From NCBI RefSeq assembly GCF_009914755.1, contig NC_060927.1: DNA of 64,000 nt. One strand, given 5' to 3'. The notes beneath the pieces were generated by a model. It was given only the letters and a program-made list of their open reading frames with translations, was not told where the DNA came from and made no database searches. Position 1 is the stretch's first letter, and each line of letters starts with the position of its first letter. Both the position numbers and the translations under genes were made by a program. Of the stretch, positions 29,512 through 43,856 are shown one piece after another. This DNA is from the human T2T-CHM13v2.0 reference genome, Homo sapiens.

Positions 29512-30001
29512 TGAATTCAATCTGTTGCTGCATAATCAATTACCTCCAATCTTAGCAGCTTCAAACAACAAACATAAATAAACTTAGTTTCTGCAGCTCA
29601 GGAATTCAGGAGTTTAGCTAGATGGTTCTGGCTTGGAGTCTTCCATGAGGTTGCCATCTAGAGGTCAGCCAAGGCTGCAGTCATTTGAAGGTTTGACTGG
29701 GGCTTGAGAATTCACTCTCATGGCTAGTCACATGTTCACTTCTGTGTTGGCTGTTGGCAGGAATTTTCAGAACCTTGCCATGTGGGTCTCTCCATATGGC
29801 TGCTTAAGCATCCTCATGACACGTCAGCTGGTCTCCCCAGTGGGAGTGATCGAAGAGACAGAAGCAAGAATGTCTTCAATGACCTACCCTTGTAAGTCAC
29901 ATACCTCACTTTCACCTAATCCTCAAAAGGAGAGAGTTAGACTCCACCTTTTGGAGGCAAGAATGTCAAAGAATTTGTGGACATATTTCAAAACCATCAC
30001 T
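29512..30001 (-). mobile_element. MLT1 (MLT1F-like) solo LTR
   Basis: GTTGCTGCATAA...CTCAGGAATTCAGG...GACATATTTCAAAACCATCAC. Confidence 0.7.
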
Positions 30002-31042
30002 GGATCATATATGTGAAAATAAACACTTACAAAAAATAAAGTGCTATAAATGGGATACATTCAGATAAGGAACCCTTCTTTCAATGCCATCCCAGAATTC
30101 CCTCAGCTTAATTCTCCCAGAAGCTTCAAGACCTTCTAAAATTGTTTGGGCTTGGTCTTTATAGTCTGGAGGCACCAAAAGCCTGAGATTTGTATAGATT
30201 AAGGAAGAATCAGAATCTAAGAGACATTAAATGACTAGCCAAAGATCACACTGCTAGTTGGTGGAAGTCCGAGGAGTTTGTCCTAAGTGTGCCTAACTTC
30301 AAATCCCCTCATCTTAATCATTGTGTCACATCATGTCATAAAAATGGATGAAAGAAGAAAGAAGACACAAACACCCAGTATTATTTTAGGACAATTTCAT
30401 GGCATTAAGTGTGGATTTTCGTTTTAGCTAACATTTTCATGAAGGAAAATCTTTGAGGATGTTCTCTCCATTAAAAAAAGAAGGAAAAAAACTCAAGATA
30501 ATTATAGATTTACATGCAGTTGTAAAAGTTAGTAATGTAAAGAGAAGGCTTGTACACTTTGCCTAATTTCCCCAGTGGTAACTTTTTTAGAGCTATAGTA
30601 TGATATCACAACCAGGATATTGACATCAGTCAATCCACTGATCTTATTCAGTTTTCCTAAGTTTACTCTTTAATGTGTGTGTGAAGTTCTACACAATTTT
30701 ATTACTCGTATAAGTTCGTGTATCATCACCCTGGTTAAAATACTGAGGGGTTCCGGTGCCACAAGGATCCCTCCTATTCTTTTTGAGCCACACCCATTCC
30801 CCTTCTTCCCCAATTTCTCCACCTCCCTTTCTAACTATCTGCCACTAGTCTGTCCTCCATTTCTAAAATTTTGTCATTTCAAAAATTTAATATAAGTGGA
30901 ATTATGTAGTATACAACAATTTGGAGTTTTGTTTTTGCTCAACATGATTTCCTAAAGATTCATTCAAGTAGTTCTGTATATCGATAGTGTATTTCTTTTT
31001 ATTGCTGAGTAGTATTACAATTTTGTTTAACCATTCAACTCT

Positions 31043-31208
31043 TTTTTGTTAGTTTCTTTTTGTTTTTGAGATGGAGTCTGTTGCCCAGGCTGGAATGCAG
31101 CAGCGCGATCTCTGCTCACAGCAACCTCTGCCTCCTGTGTTCAAGCTATTCTCCAGCCTCAGCCTCCTGAGTAGCTGAGATTACAGGCGTGAGCCACAGC
31201 GCCCACCC
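31043..31208 (-). mobile_element. Monomer-length Alu with intact TSD
   Basis: TSD CCATTCAACTCT at 31031-31042 and 31212-31223. Confidence 0.88.
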
Positions 31209-32205
31209 TAGCCATTCAACTCTGAAGCACATCTGGGTTGATACCAGTTTTGGGCTGTTACAATAAAACTTCTATGAACATTCACGCACAAATTTTTGTG
31301 GGAACATACGTTTTCATTTCTCTAGGATAGATGTACAGGAATAAAATTCTGGGTCATATGGTAGTTGCATGTTTAAATATTTAAGAAACTGCTAAACTGC
31401 TTTCCAGAGTGTCTGTACCATTTCACAGTCCTAAAAGCGATGTATGAATGATCCAGTTTCACCATTTCCTCATCAGCATTTGGTGTTGTAATTCTCATTT
31501 TAATAATGCTTATAGATGTGTGGTGATATCTCATTATGGTGTTCATTTGTATTTCTCTAATGACCAATAAATATTTAACATATTTCCATGTGCCTGCTTT
31601 TTTGCCATTTTATATCCTCTTTGGTCTATAATGCCTTTTGTCCATTTTCTAATTAAATATTTATGTATTGTTGAGTTTTCAGAGTTCTTTATATATTCTA
31701 GATATTATTCCTTTGTCAGCTATGTGGTTTTAAAATATTTATTTCTATCTTGTAGCTTGTAATTTCATTTTCCTCACGTGGACTTTCACAAAGCAAGTGT
31801 TTTTATTTTTGATAAAATCAGATTTGTCAAGTTTTCCTTCTGTGGATCATGATTTTGTTGTCAAGTCCAATAACTGTCTGCCTAGCTCCAGATCCCAAAG
31901 TTTGCTCCTGTGTTTTTATTTCTAAAAGTTTTCAGATTTTGTTTCACATTTAAGTCTATGACCCATTTTGAGTTCATTTTTGTATAAATTGTGTCACTGA
32001 ACTCAAAGGGTTTTTTTGGTATGGATTTCTTTTGTGTTTGTGTTTTGCTTGTTTGTCTTACTGTTCTATGTTCTACCACCATTTGTTAAAGTGGCTAACC
32101 TTTCTCTGTGTTGATTTTTGCACTTTGTAAAAAATCAGCCAAGCCTTTTTTTTGGGGGTGTCTATTTCTCATCCTCTATGCTGTACCATTGCCTATGTGC
32201 CTGTC

Positions 32206-32524
<319 letters not shown>

Positions 32525-32742
32525 CCCTATGTGCCTATCCTTTGGCTAATACTACACTGTTTTGATTACTGTGGCTATATAGTAAGCATTAATCTATATT
32601 CTTTGTCTAGATGGTTTTAGCTATTCTAGGACCAATGACATCCATAAAAATTTTAGAATAAGCTTGTTTATGTGTACAAAAACCTTGCTGGGATTTTGAT
32701 CAAAGTTGGATTAAATTAATAGATCAATCTGGGGTAAACTAA

Positions 32743-33039
<297 letters not shown>

Positions 33040-36000
33040 TAACATCATTATTATGTTGAGTCTGCCAATCCATGAACATAGTATGTCTCTTTATTTTTTT
33101 AGATCTTCTTCAATTTCTTTCATTAGCATTTTTTAATTTTTGGCATACAGATCCAATATATGTTTTCTGAGCTTATAACTAAGTATTTTATTTTTTGGAA
33201 GTGATGCAACTGATATTGTTTCAATTTTATTTTCTGCATGTCATTGTTGGTATATAGAAATGAGATTAAGTTTGTGCATTAATCTTGTGTCTTGTGACCT
33301 TGCTGAACTCACTTAGTTTCATAAGGGTTTTTGTTGTTATTTTACCTTTTTGGTAGATTACTCAGGATTTTTATGTCTTTTGTAAACAGAGATAGATTTT
33401 TTGTTTACAATTTATATGCTTTCATTTATTTATCTTGCCTATTGCTCTTGCTGGAACTTCCAGCATTATGTTGAATAATAATGATAAGAGCAGACATCTT
33501 TCCCTCAATCTTAGGGAAGAAACATTCAGTCTTTCACAATTAATCATAATGTTAGGTATAGGTTTTTCATGGATGCCACTTAGAAACTTGAGTAGGTTTC
33601 CTTTTAGTCCTATTTCTCTGAGAGTTGTTATCATGAACAGGTATTGAATTTTTGAGTCAATTTATATGAAAATATGTTTTCTTCTTCAGTTTGTTGATAT
33701 AGTAGACTTAATTGAGTAATTTTTGAATATTGAATAGCCTGCCTACCTGGAATAAATCCTATTTGGTCAACCTGCGTAATTCATTTTACATATTGTTGGA
33801 TTTAGTTTTCTTATGTACTGTTGAAAATTTTGGAGCCTAACTTCAGTGGAGGTATTGGATATTGGTCTGTAGGGGTTTTTTTGTTTGGTTGGTTGGTTTT
33901 GGTTTTTGATTTTTGGCATGCCACTGTCTGATCTGGCAAAAGGGTAATATTAGGACAATGTTGGTCTTATACAATAAGCTGGAAAATGCTCTCTTCTTCT
34001 GTTTTCTGGAAGACATTGTGTAAAATTCATGTTGATTCTTTAAATATTTGGTAGAACTCTCCAGTGACACAATCTGGTCTTGGATATTTCTTTTGGGAGA
34101 AGCTCTTAAATTAATAATTCAATTTGACTGAAACTTATGGGGATATTCAAATTGTTTATTTTAAATTTGTTTGAGTTTTGGTAGTTTGTGGTTTTGAGAA
34201 ATTGTCTCCCATTTCTCCTAAGTTGTCAAATACATAAGCACAAAGTTATTTGTAGCAATCCATTACTATCTGTTTAATGTCTGCATGTGCCATAGCGATA
34301 GTCCCTACTTCATTTCTGATGTTGGTTGTCTTTTTTTATTTTAATAACTCACACTAGAAGTTTCTCAATTTTATCACGTTTTTGAAGAACCAGCTTTTTG
34401 CTTCATTGATGTTCTTTATTGGTTTCTTATTTTTTCTTCCATTGATTTCTGCTGCTCTTATCTTTATTATACCTTTCTTCTCCTTGCTTTAGGTTTATTT
34501 AATCTACTTTTCCTAATTTCCTGAGGTTGGAACTTAGGTTGTTGATTTGAAACTTTGATTCTGACTCATTTCCAATATAAGGACTTAGTGCTATAAATTT
34601 TCCTCTCACACTGCTTTAACTGTGTCTAATAAAGTTTTATTCTGTTGCAGTTCCATTTAGCTCTTTTACTCTCCTAGTTTCTAAATATCATTGTCTTAGA
34701 TATCAGAGGGCATTATAATGTTTTTAATCTAAAATATGATTTATAAAACTCATAAGAAAAAATGGTGTATTGTATGTACTCATAATTCCATTCTGTTGTT
34801 CCTTCTTCCTTCCTGACATTCCAAGATTCCTTTAAAAAAAAATTCTTCCTGCTTGAAAAACTTTCTCTAACAACTAGTCTTTAAAGATAGGTATGCCAGC
34901 CAAAAATTCTCTTAATATTTTAGATTTGATAAGGTTCAACAGATATAGAATTCACTGTTGACAATTATTTTCTTTCTACACTTCAAAAATATTGTGCCAC
35001 TTCTGGCCTTCATGGTTTCAGATGAGAAATCTAATGTCTATTCAATTTAGTGCCCCCTTAAAAGTAATGTGTAATTTCTCTCAGGCTGCTTTTGAGACCC
35101 TTTTTTTATCTTTAATTTTTAAAAGTTTAATTAAGTGTTTCATGGCATAGATTTTTTTTTAGATTTATTCTTATTGGGTTCACAGTTTCTTAGGTCTGTA
35201 GGTTTGTTATTCACCAAATTTGGAAAGTTTTCAGTCATTATTTCTTCCAACACTCTTTCAGCCCCAATCTCTTTCTTCTCTGTTTCTGGTATTCCAATAA
35301 TAGGAACATTGGATCTATTGTCATTATACCAAAGGTTATTTTCCAGTTTATTTTCTTCTTCATTATGTTCTATCACCATGTTTTGTCTTTGGGTCATTTC
35401 ACTTTTAAGTGATCACAGAACAAAAAACCAAAATCAGCGAAGTGATTTTTGTAATGAGATAGTTGAGAGTTTCAAAAGATATTGGAACTAAAGATTACAC
35501 ATATTATTTTAGAAATATTATCTTAATTCCATGGTAAATATTTATTATAAAAAATAGAAAAAAACCCCAGAAAATTAAAAGAAAGGTTATGTGATTTTTA
35601 TTTTTTGGTACAATTTCAAGACCTAGAAGTAATCAGTCTTCTATATTTCTTTTCAGAAATTATATTTGTACTCAGTTTTTTTATTTTCTTATACACCTAC
35701 ACATGCGTGCATACACACACACACGCACACATGCACACACACATTTTTTTCTTATCTTTTCATAAATTTGAAATTCTACCTCATTACTAACCTTAATACT
35801 TTATTCTAGAGTATTCTGATATTTCAAATTTTATAGTCTTCTGAAATTCCACATGCAAAAGTAGTTTAAGCCAGTAGTATTAATAAATTTAATTAATTGA
35901 GATAAACTTTGAGTTAATGATCACCATATCATGATAGGGATAGAAAAGAATGAATAATTCTTTACATTTCTTAAATACCATATTAATGCCTATGCCCACC

Positions 36001-36719
36001 TTAATAATTCTAAATTTCAATTTATGTATAATCAAAATGATCTACAAAGAAGAAGAAATAAGAAGATTTCACAGAAAGTATTAAATTAAGTAATTAACAT
36101 CATAGAAGGAAGCCAGTTGTGCCACTGTAATTCCTTGCTGGAAGGATGAATTGGAAGTGATAGTAATGTACTATCCTTTGGAACACTTTGGAGATTTGTA
36201 TTTCCTGTATATTTTTGTCTTTCACATGGCCCTGGTGAGAAATATAATTATAAAAGGACACACTGTTCATCTATATTTACAATACCTTTTTTCTCTATTT
36301 TTTGCCTTTTTATAAATTCTACCCTTCTATTGAACTTATTCAGGCATTATAATGATAAGGTTGGATTGACTCATTAATGCAAAATATAGCCACCTAGATA
36401 TTTATGACTCTGTATTTGATAAATGTTTTTGTTTACTACTGTGTTCCCTAAGTGGGAAAAAAGAGAAAATTTTAAGTTGATTTATTTACAATATCTTGCC
36501 AGCTGAGTCAGGGCTTGAGTTAGGAATACAGAGCTCTACAGCCTGCCAAAGTAAACTTTACAATTGTTTCTTATGTACTTTTATCACCTACATGACTTGT
36601 AGAGATCACTCAAAGGCATTCAGCTTCAGTCTCTTTCATTCATTTGTTCATTCACTCATTAAATATTTATTCACTTTCTACTGTTTTTCAGAGTCTGTCT
36701 TAGGTCTTAGGGATAGAGT

Positions 36720-36895
36720 GGTATATGTGTGTGTATATATGTGTGTGTGTCTGTGTATATATATATGTATAATACATATATACTTACGTATATGTACTAT
36801 CACACACTTTATACATACACATACAAGCATATATCCATTGACACATATTTTACTACATTTGGATACAAACGAATGCACATACACACACATATGCA
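36720..36895. repeat. (TG)/(TA)/(CA) low-complexity repeat next to an L2 tail
   Basis: Directly visible. Confidence 0.85.
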
Positions 36896-37829
36896 ATTTT
36901 AACACAGTATTTTAGTCTTATACTGACCTCTTAACCCTGAGTCATCTTGGAAGTCTATGAGATCATCACATTGGAAAGTATATTAAGAGAAGATAAGACA
37001 GAGAATTTCTCTTCTGAAGCTTAGGGTCTAGAATTTCTGATGCATCTATTGATGATTATTCTTAATGTTTGGAAACTCGTGTTTATAAGTGATAAACTAG
37101 ACCTAGAATACAAGAATTCTAAGAGATAGTACAATTTGGGAAGAGGCACTCGGTGGAAACTTGCTGAGCTGAATTGTACATGGCCTTCCCCTCTTAATAT
37201 TTCTCTTGGACTTACGACAAAGTGAGCTGTGTCTGTTTTTCCTGTCATTGGAACTATGGGTTCAGGAATGGAGGACACTCAAGAGTCCCAGCAAAATGCA
37301 GCAGTGTAGGCACAGTTGGGAATCCTGTGCTCTCTGAGGCAGTTCCATAGTCCAGCCGGTCTGATGGACTGATCCAATGACAGCAATAGCAAACAAAGCT
37401 CAATTTTACGTTTCGACATAGTTTCCTTTGGCTCAGAGGAATATTGGAAGGAGATCTGATTTGCATTTGAGGCAATAGAGATAAAATAGTTAGAATGCGC
37501 AATCCAGGATCCCGAAATTTGCCAAAGAAAAAATTACTCCTCAAGGGAATAATTCACCCAGCATCGGTGATCAAAACCAGGAAAACCATAATACTGGTTA
37601 GTAGTTTCAGCATAACTAAAGCTCAAAACTGTGGCCTTCAGAGAATAGAGTAATTCAAAAATTTCTCTCATTCAAGTTTTGAGAACTAATTGTACTGCTT
37701 CTATTAATTCCCATTTATTTTGTTTTTGCATTTATCCTTTAATAACATGGAGTTGACTAATAATCTGTGAAGATATAAGTTGACAAATACTGGGAATTTT
37801 TTTAAGTCACAAGCAAAGGGAACATTCAG

Positions 37830-38680
37830 AAGAAAATATATAAATGTTAAGAGTAAAACTCTAAAGATTATAGAGGGCAATGTGGGAGAGTATCTTTATG
37901 ACCTAGGAGTGGCAAGGGTATACTCAAACAACATATTCAATATATATATTATATATATATATATTATGTATATATATATTATATATATATATTATGTATA
38001 TATATATTATATATATTATATATATATTATGTATATATATATTATATATATTATATATATTATGTGTATATATATAATATATATTATATATTATATATAT
38101 ATAATATATATATTACAGAAAGAATAATAGATTCATTAAATTAATCCAAATTAAAGATTTCTGTTCAAAACACGTTACCATCCACAAAGCTGACAGATGG
38201 CAGATAGGGAGACAATACTTGCCATGTCTACATTTGACAAGGAATGGATTTCTAAAATGTAAGAAAATCCTAAATGGAATGTAATTAGAAAAATAGGCAA
38301 ACAAGCTGTGCAGGAAATGCACAGAACAGGAGGCCCAAAGCTTATGCAGAGATCATGAATTCATTAGTAAGTAGAGAAATTCAAACAAAAGAAACTATAA
38401 ACCTCTAACACTTATGAAATGGGTGAGATAGGGCTGACCAAGATGGAAGGATCTAGAAAACCATATACATAATTTTGGAGAGAAATCTGGTAGTCTGTAG
38501 TCAAATTCCATACGAACCATATGACCCAACAATTCTAGCACTATGTAAGTAACCCAGAGACATTTCCTTATAGGTCCATAAGGGGATTTGTAGGAGGATG
38601 GTTATTATAGTGTAGTGAGTAGAAAGTAAGCTGCAGACCCTCACTAGGGTAATTGGTTAGTATAATAAAGTGAATGGAAT
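37830..38680 (+). mobile_element. L1ME-like fragment containing an AT-rich repeat
   Basis: ATCTTTATGACCTAGG, CCATATGACCCAACAATTC motifs. Confidence 0.65.
37935..38114. repeat. Interrupted (TA)n / TATAT repeat, ~180 bp
   Basis: Directly visible. Confidence 0.95.
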
Positions 38681-38815
38681 ACTCTTTTAGTTTGGGATAA
38701 CCTAGAAACAGACCATGTGACAAAGATACTGTATTTGGGATGTACAGGTAACAGGTAGGAGGGTGGGAAGTGCCAAACGAAAGGGAAGACAGCAGCTAAT
38801 TAAGAATGTATTATC

Positions 38816-39120
38816 GGTCTGGCGCAGTGGCTCACGCCTGTAATCCCAGCACTTTGGGAGACCGAGGCAGGTGGATCACGAGGTCAGGAGTTCAAGACCA
38901 GCCTGCCCAAGATGGTGAAACCCCATCTCTACTAAAAATACAAAAAATTAACCGGGCTTGGTGGCACGCACCTGTAATCCGAGCTACTCTGGAGGCTGAG
39001 GCAGAGCACTGCTTAAACCTGGAGGAGCGGAGGTTGCAGTGAGCCGAGATCACGCCACTGCACTCCAGCCTGGGCAACAGAGTGAGACTCCATCTCAAAA
39101 AAAAAAAAAAAAAAAAAAAG
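38816..39120 (+). mobile_element. AluSg-like, inserted in a probable ERVL LTR relic (~38685-39470)
   Basis: GATCACGAGGTCAGGAGTTC; TSD AAGAATGTATTATC / AAGAACGTATTCTC. Confidence 0.9.
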
Positions 39121-40240
39121 AAGAACGTATTCTCAATTCAACAACGAGCTACTGGAGCTCCCTTCTCTGGGGAACATCTGGAGGCTGGCTTAGCACACTA
39201 TACAGTTGAGAGGAGATGGAGCTGAAGTTATACAATGGCCAATCATAGGTTGAGGACTTCTCTCAGGAGGCATAAAGTCCTTAGCTTTTGGGGCATGATA
39301 TGGGCAGCATTATGGTCTCTGGAGGTCCTCTGGCAATGAAATGTGGGTGTAAACATTTGGAAGTTCACAGGTGTGCACAGACATGGGAAGGACAGAGGAC
39401 ACTTTTAGGACCCTGACTGTATTTACAACATATCCTAAGCAACAGTTAAAAGAAATGGGGTATATAGCCACATAAACATGGAAAGACCTCATAAAGAGTT
39501 GTGAATGAGAAAATGCAAAACAGAATGAAATCTATGGCACAATCCCATTCATGTAAATATACATGCAGAGGGAAAAAAAAACAATAGTACAGACTTCATA
39601 AGAAAACATGCAAATGTGAGACACAAATCACAAATAAAATGGTTACCTAGGGAAAGGGAAAGGTAATGAGAGAGGCGAATGGGGCATAAAAGAAAGGCCG
39701 TTTCAAGGCAGTGAACTGAAAAATGCAATGAGCAAAATATCTTCTCTTGAGTCCTGAAAAAGGAAAAAGAATAAGTTCAGGGTTTTTAATTCCGTTGTTT
39801 CAAAATCTTTTTCTACACGTCAACTCAGTCGATCTAAAGTGATTGGGTCTTCTCTTGGTATACATCTGGAGATGCCTACTTGAAATCTAGTACTGGGTTT
39901 CAGTACAATATATAATAAAGGCAAAAACTTGCCATTTTAGCATATGTAAGGAGACTAAGCATCTATACCTACAAGTAATCATCATAATAATAATAATACT
40001 GTTATTAAACATTTACTGAGGACTTACTAACTTGGAATTTATGTACCGTGTGACTTGTAAGCATATAAAAATCATATAAAGTGAGCAGAAAATTAAGTTT
40101 GCCCCCAAAATTTCCTTTAGATTCTTCTTCTTTCCTAATTGACATACCACATTTTTGCACATATTAAAGCATCATAAAGTATCTCTTTACCTGAAGAGAT
40201 CTTCCTAGAAAATCGCAAGAAACTTGATATTTAAAGGAAA

Positions 40241-40560
40241 GAAGTACTTAAACACACATTATCTCATTGAAGACAGGTATACACATTCAAGCTGGGCATG
40301 ATGGCTTACGCCTGTAATCCCAGCACTTTGGGAGTCTGAGGTGGGTGCATTGCTTGAGCCCAGGGCTTTGAGACCAGCCTAGGCAACATGGCGAGACCTC
40401 GAAGTACTTAAATACACATTATCTTAATGAAGACAGGTAAACACATTCAAGCTGGGTATGATGGCTTACACCTGTAATCCCAGCACTTTGGGAGTCTGAG
40501 GTGGGTGCACTGCTTGAGCCCAGGGCTTTGAGACCAGCCCAGGAAACATGGCGAGACTCC
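40241..40560. repeat. 160-bp tandem duplication (flank plus Alu left arm)
   Basis: 40241-40400 vs 40401-40560: 11 mismatches counted, no gaps. Confidence 0.95.
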
Positions 40561-40799
40561 ATCTGTACAAAAAATGTTTAAAAATCTGCTGGGCATGACG
40601 GCGAGCACCTGTGGTCCCAGCTGCTTGGGAAGGCTGTAGTGAGTGGATCACTTGAGCCTGGGAAGTAAAGGCTGTAGTGAGTGAGTCATGATTGCGCCAC
40701 TGCACTCCATCCAGCCTGAGTGATACAGTGAGACCCCGACTCAAAAACAAACAAAAAAGAAACAAACAAAACAAAACAAAACAAAAAAGGAAAAGAAAT
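40450..40799 (+). mobile_element. AluJ-like
   Basis: GCTTGAGCCCAGG J-type features; TSD TATACACATTCA repeated at 40801-40812. Confidence 0.88.
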
Positions 40800-40929
40800 A
40801 TATACACATTCATATAATATTGTATTGCTATGTGTTCAATGAGTAAATCCATCAACTCTTTCTTTTAACAAATGAGTTTAACGCATTTAGATTTGTTGTT
40901 ATTACTTATATACTCAGTTCATGGTAACT

Positions 40930-41490
40930 CCACTTCTCATTTCCTTAGACAAAAAAGCCTTAGAGTCATCTTCCACCTTACTGCCTGCATGAATTCTCTC
41001 AGCCAGTCCCTTCACAAGGCCCTGCATGATCCAGTTTTCATTCTCACTCTCCCTCACTTTCTCCCTCCTCACTGCTCAGCCACATAGACTTCTCTGTCTT
41101 TTTTTCTTGCCCAGATCACCACGTACCAATTCAGAATATTTGCTGTTTATTTTACCAGCTATTTTTTGGAGAGAATTCCAAACTTCGCCCCTTCAAGTAT
41201 TTTTATAATGCCATCTTCTCAGTGAACTTTTCCCTAGCCACTCTATTATAGATTTTCCTTCCTGCTGGCACTTTCTATCCCCTTCCTCTGATATTTTTCT
41301 TTATAGCAATTTCTCTATGTAATTTACTATATCTTTCATTTACTTACTTTGTCTTCCCTTCACTGGGATGTAAACTCCACCATGGCAGGGAGTTTTGTCT
41401 GTTTTATTCAATTCCATAATCTCAGAGTTTAGAACAGTGCCAGGAACCTAAGAAGTGTTCTCTAAATATTTTCTCTATAAGTGAATCAAT
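40930..41490 (+). mobile_element. L2 fragment
   Basis: TGTAAACTCCACCATGGCAGGG...AGAACAGTGCCAGG 3' end. Confidence 0.65.
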
Positions 41491-41629
41491 TATCAACTTT
41501 TACAAAATATTTTCTTTGCTTTGCTTATTTATCTGATTTCTATTGAACTGATCAAGTTTTCTAAACCCTTTTATTCTTCACCTGACTTGGAAGTTTCAGA
41601 TTTTATCATATTTCAATAATTATTTTTAT

Positions 41630-42800
41630 AACTTTTTTGCTATTTTAATGTAAAGCACACTGATTCGTATCATACATTTACAATAATTAAAATAGCTGTT
41701 AAATTTCACAAAGTAAGCATATCTGTGTAACATTCCTAGAACCCCAGAAGCTATTTTGTGCTCCCTTCTAGTTTCTACCTATCCCCACGAGGATACATTT
41801 TCCTGACTTCTAACCCCATATATTAGGCTTACCTAACCTTGAACTTCATATACATAGAATCTTTTAGCACGTGCTCTTGAGTGTCTGTCTTTGTTTGCTT
41901 AACGTAATGTCTGTGAGATTCATGCAAGTTTTTGAGTTTATTATCATTGATATATATTATTCCATTGTATAAATATGCCACAATTCATGTATCTGTTTGA
42001 CTATGGATGAAGATTAGGCTTATTTCCAGTTGCTGGATATTAAAAATTCTGCTATGAATATTAGTATGCATTTCTTTGATTTGAAAAATGTGTGCATTTA
42101 TGTCAGGTATATACTGAGAAATTTCTAGATCATAGGATATGCCTATGTTCAGCATTAGCAGATATCGCCAAATGATGTTCCCAAGTGGATGTATCAGTTT
42201 ACAGTCACATCAGCAATATATGATTTTTTCTATATATAGTTAATAACACATTTTCAGAAACATGATGATTATTGTTATATTATCTCTGTCATCTTTCTGC
42301 ATAAAATAACACTCCAACACACTTTAATTCAGAGTGACCTTCTCATCACAACCATACCTTTATAAATATATATAATTTTAATTCTACATTCATTAGATTT
42401 ATGAACACATTTTACTGGAGTCTTTTTTTCCTCACTATTTTGTCTTCTATTCTTTCCTTTAACTTCCTCTGGATAAAACATATCCTTTAGTAGCTCTTTC
42501 TTTTAGATTTAAAGGTAGTAAATTATCTTGGCTATCATATGTACGACAAATTTTTAACTTTATTCCCTACTTCTGCTTTATCTCAATATAAAATCCTAAA
42601 CTGACAGTTATTTTTCCTTAATAAAATAACTCTATTGTCTCTCTGGTTCTGATAAGAAGTCTGCCGTTAGTCATAATTTTATAAAGAATATATTCCCTTT
42701 GGCAGCACTTAAAATTGCTCTGAATCACTGAGATTTTGAAGTTTAAATAAGCTATTCCTGGAGTTTAATTTGTTTTTATTTATCCTGCTGGGTGGCAAAG
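41630..42800 (-). mobile_element. L1ME/L1M fragments
   Basis: TATTCCATTGTATAAATATGCCACAATT, CTGCTATGAATATT motifs. Confidence 0.6.
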
Positions 42801-43457
42801 TGCTAGTAGCCTCAGGTTTATTTTTACTTATTTAACAACCCTAACTTAAAAAGCTTCTTATTCCCTGGAGTCCCAGAAGAAATCCCAGAAATCATTAGAT
42901 AATGCGTGTTCTTTCAACAATACCTACCTGGGAGTTCAAATATAGTCATTGGCCAGCTCTGGGTTATATGTGTACATGTGAGATCAGATGGTTGGTGTTA
43001 ACCCACCTTAGCTGCATAGATTAAGACAAGAGGGTGGGGAAGTTCCACAAACACCCTCTAGGGATTTTGAGTGGAATTACAGCAGGAGACTGTTAACAAA
43101 AAAATGGGGGTATGGATGTTTCTCAAGTCAATAGATATCTACTATCCAAGATTAAAAAATTAGAGTTTTGCATTTGAGTTTGGAACAGTGGTAAAAAGAG
43201 GAGATAGGGTGTTTCTGCCTGGACAGAGGGACGACCCATACTTTTAGTTGTCTGGCAGATCAGAATGTAAAAACAGTATTGTGGCTGAAAAGATATGCTG
43301 GAAAATAAGAGGGCAAAAATCAGGCTATAAATTTGGACGTCTCTTCAGAAATAGTGATTGATTGATGGAAACCATATGATGTGGTTAAGGACATACTTGA
43401 CAAAAGTAGAAAACTGTGATTGGAAAACTGGTTTGAAGTAAAGAGAAAAGTAGGGAG

Positions 43458-43856
43458 TGTTATGGGCTGAATTGTGTTTCCCCAGTTCCCATATTGAAGT
43501 CCTAATTTCCAGTCCTTCAGGATGTGACTGTATTTGGATAGAGGGTCTTTAAAGAGGTGACTAAGTTAAAATGAAGCTGTTAGGGTGGGTCTTAATACAA
43601 TTTGATCAGTGTCTTTATAAGATGAGGAAATTTGGACACACAAAAATGTACACCAAGGCACACGGGCATAGAGGAAAGATCATGTGAGGACATAGCAAGA
43701 AGGCAGCCAGGTGCAAGACAAGGAAGGAAGAAGAAACCAAATCTGCTGACACTTTGATGTTGGAGTTCTAGCCTCCAGAACTTAGAAAATAAATTTTCAT
43801 TGTTGAAGTGACCCGTCTATGGTACTTTGTTATGGCAGCCCTAGCAAACTAGTATA
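43458..43856 (+). mobile_element. MLT1B-like solo LTR
   Basis: TGTTATGGGCTGAATTGTG...GCAGCCCTAGCAAACTAGTATA; 5-bp TSD GGGAG. Confidence 0.88.

Noticed and set aside
36496-38127. ORFs of 115-139 aa rich in I/Y/V/C/H
   Set aside because: Produced by TA/TG/CA simple repeats
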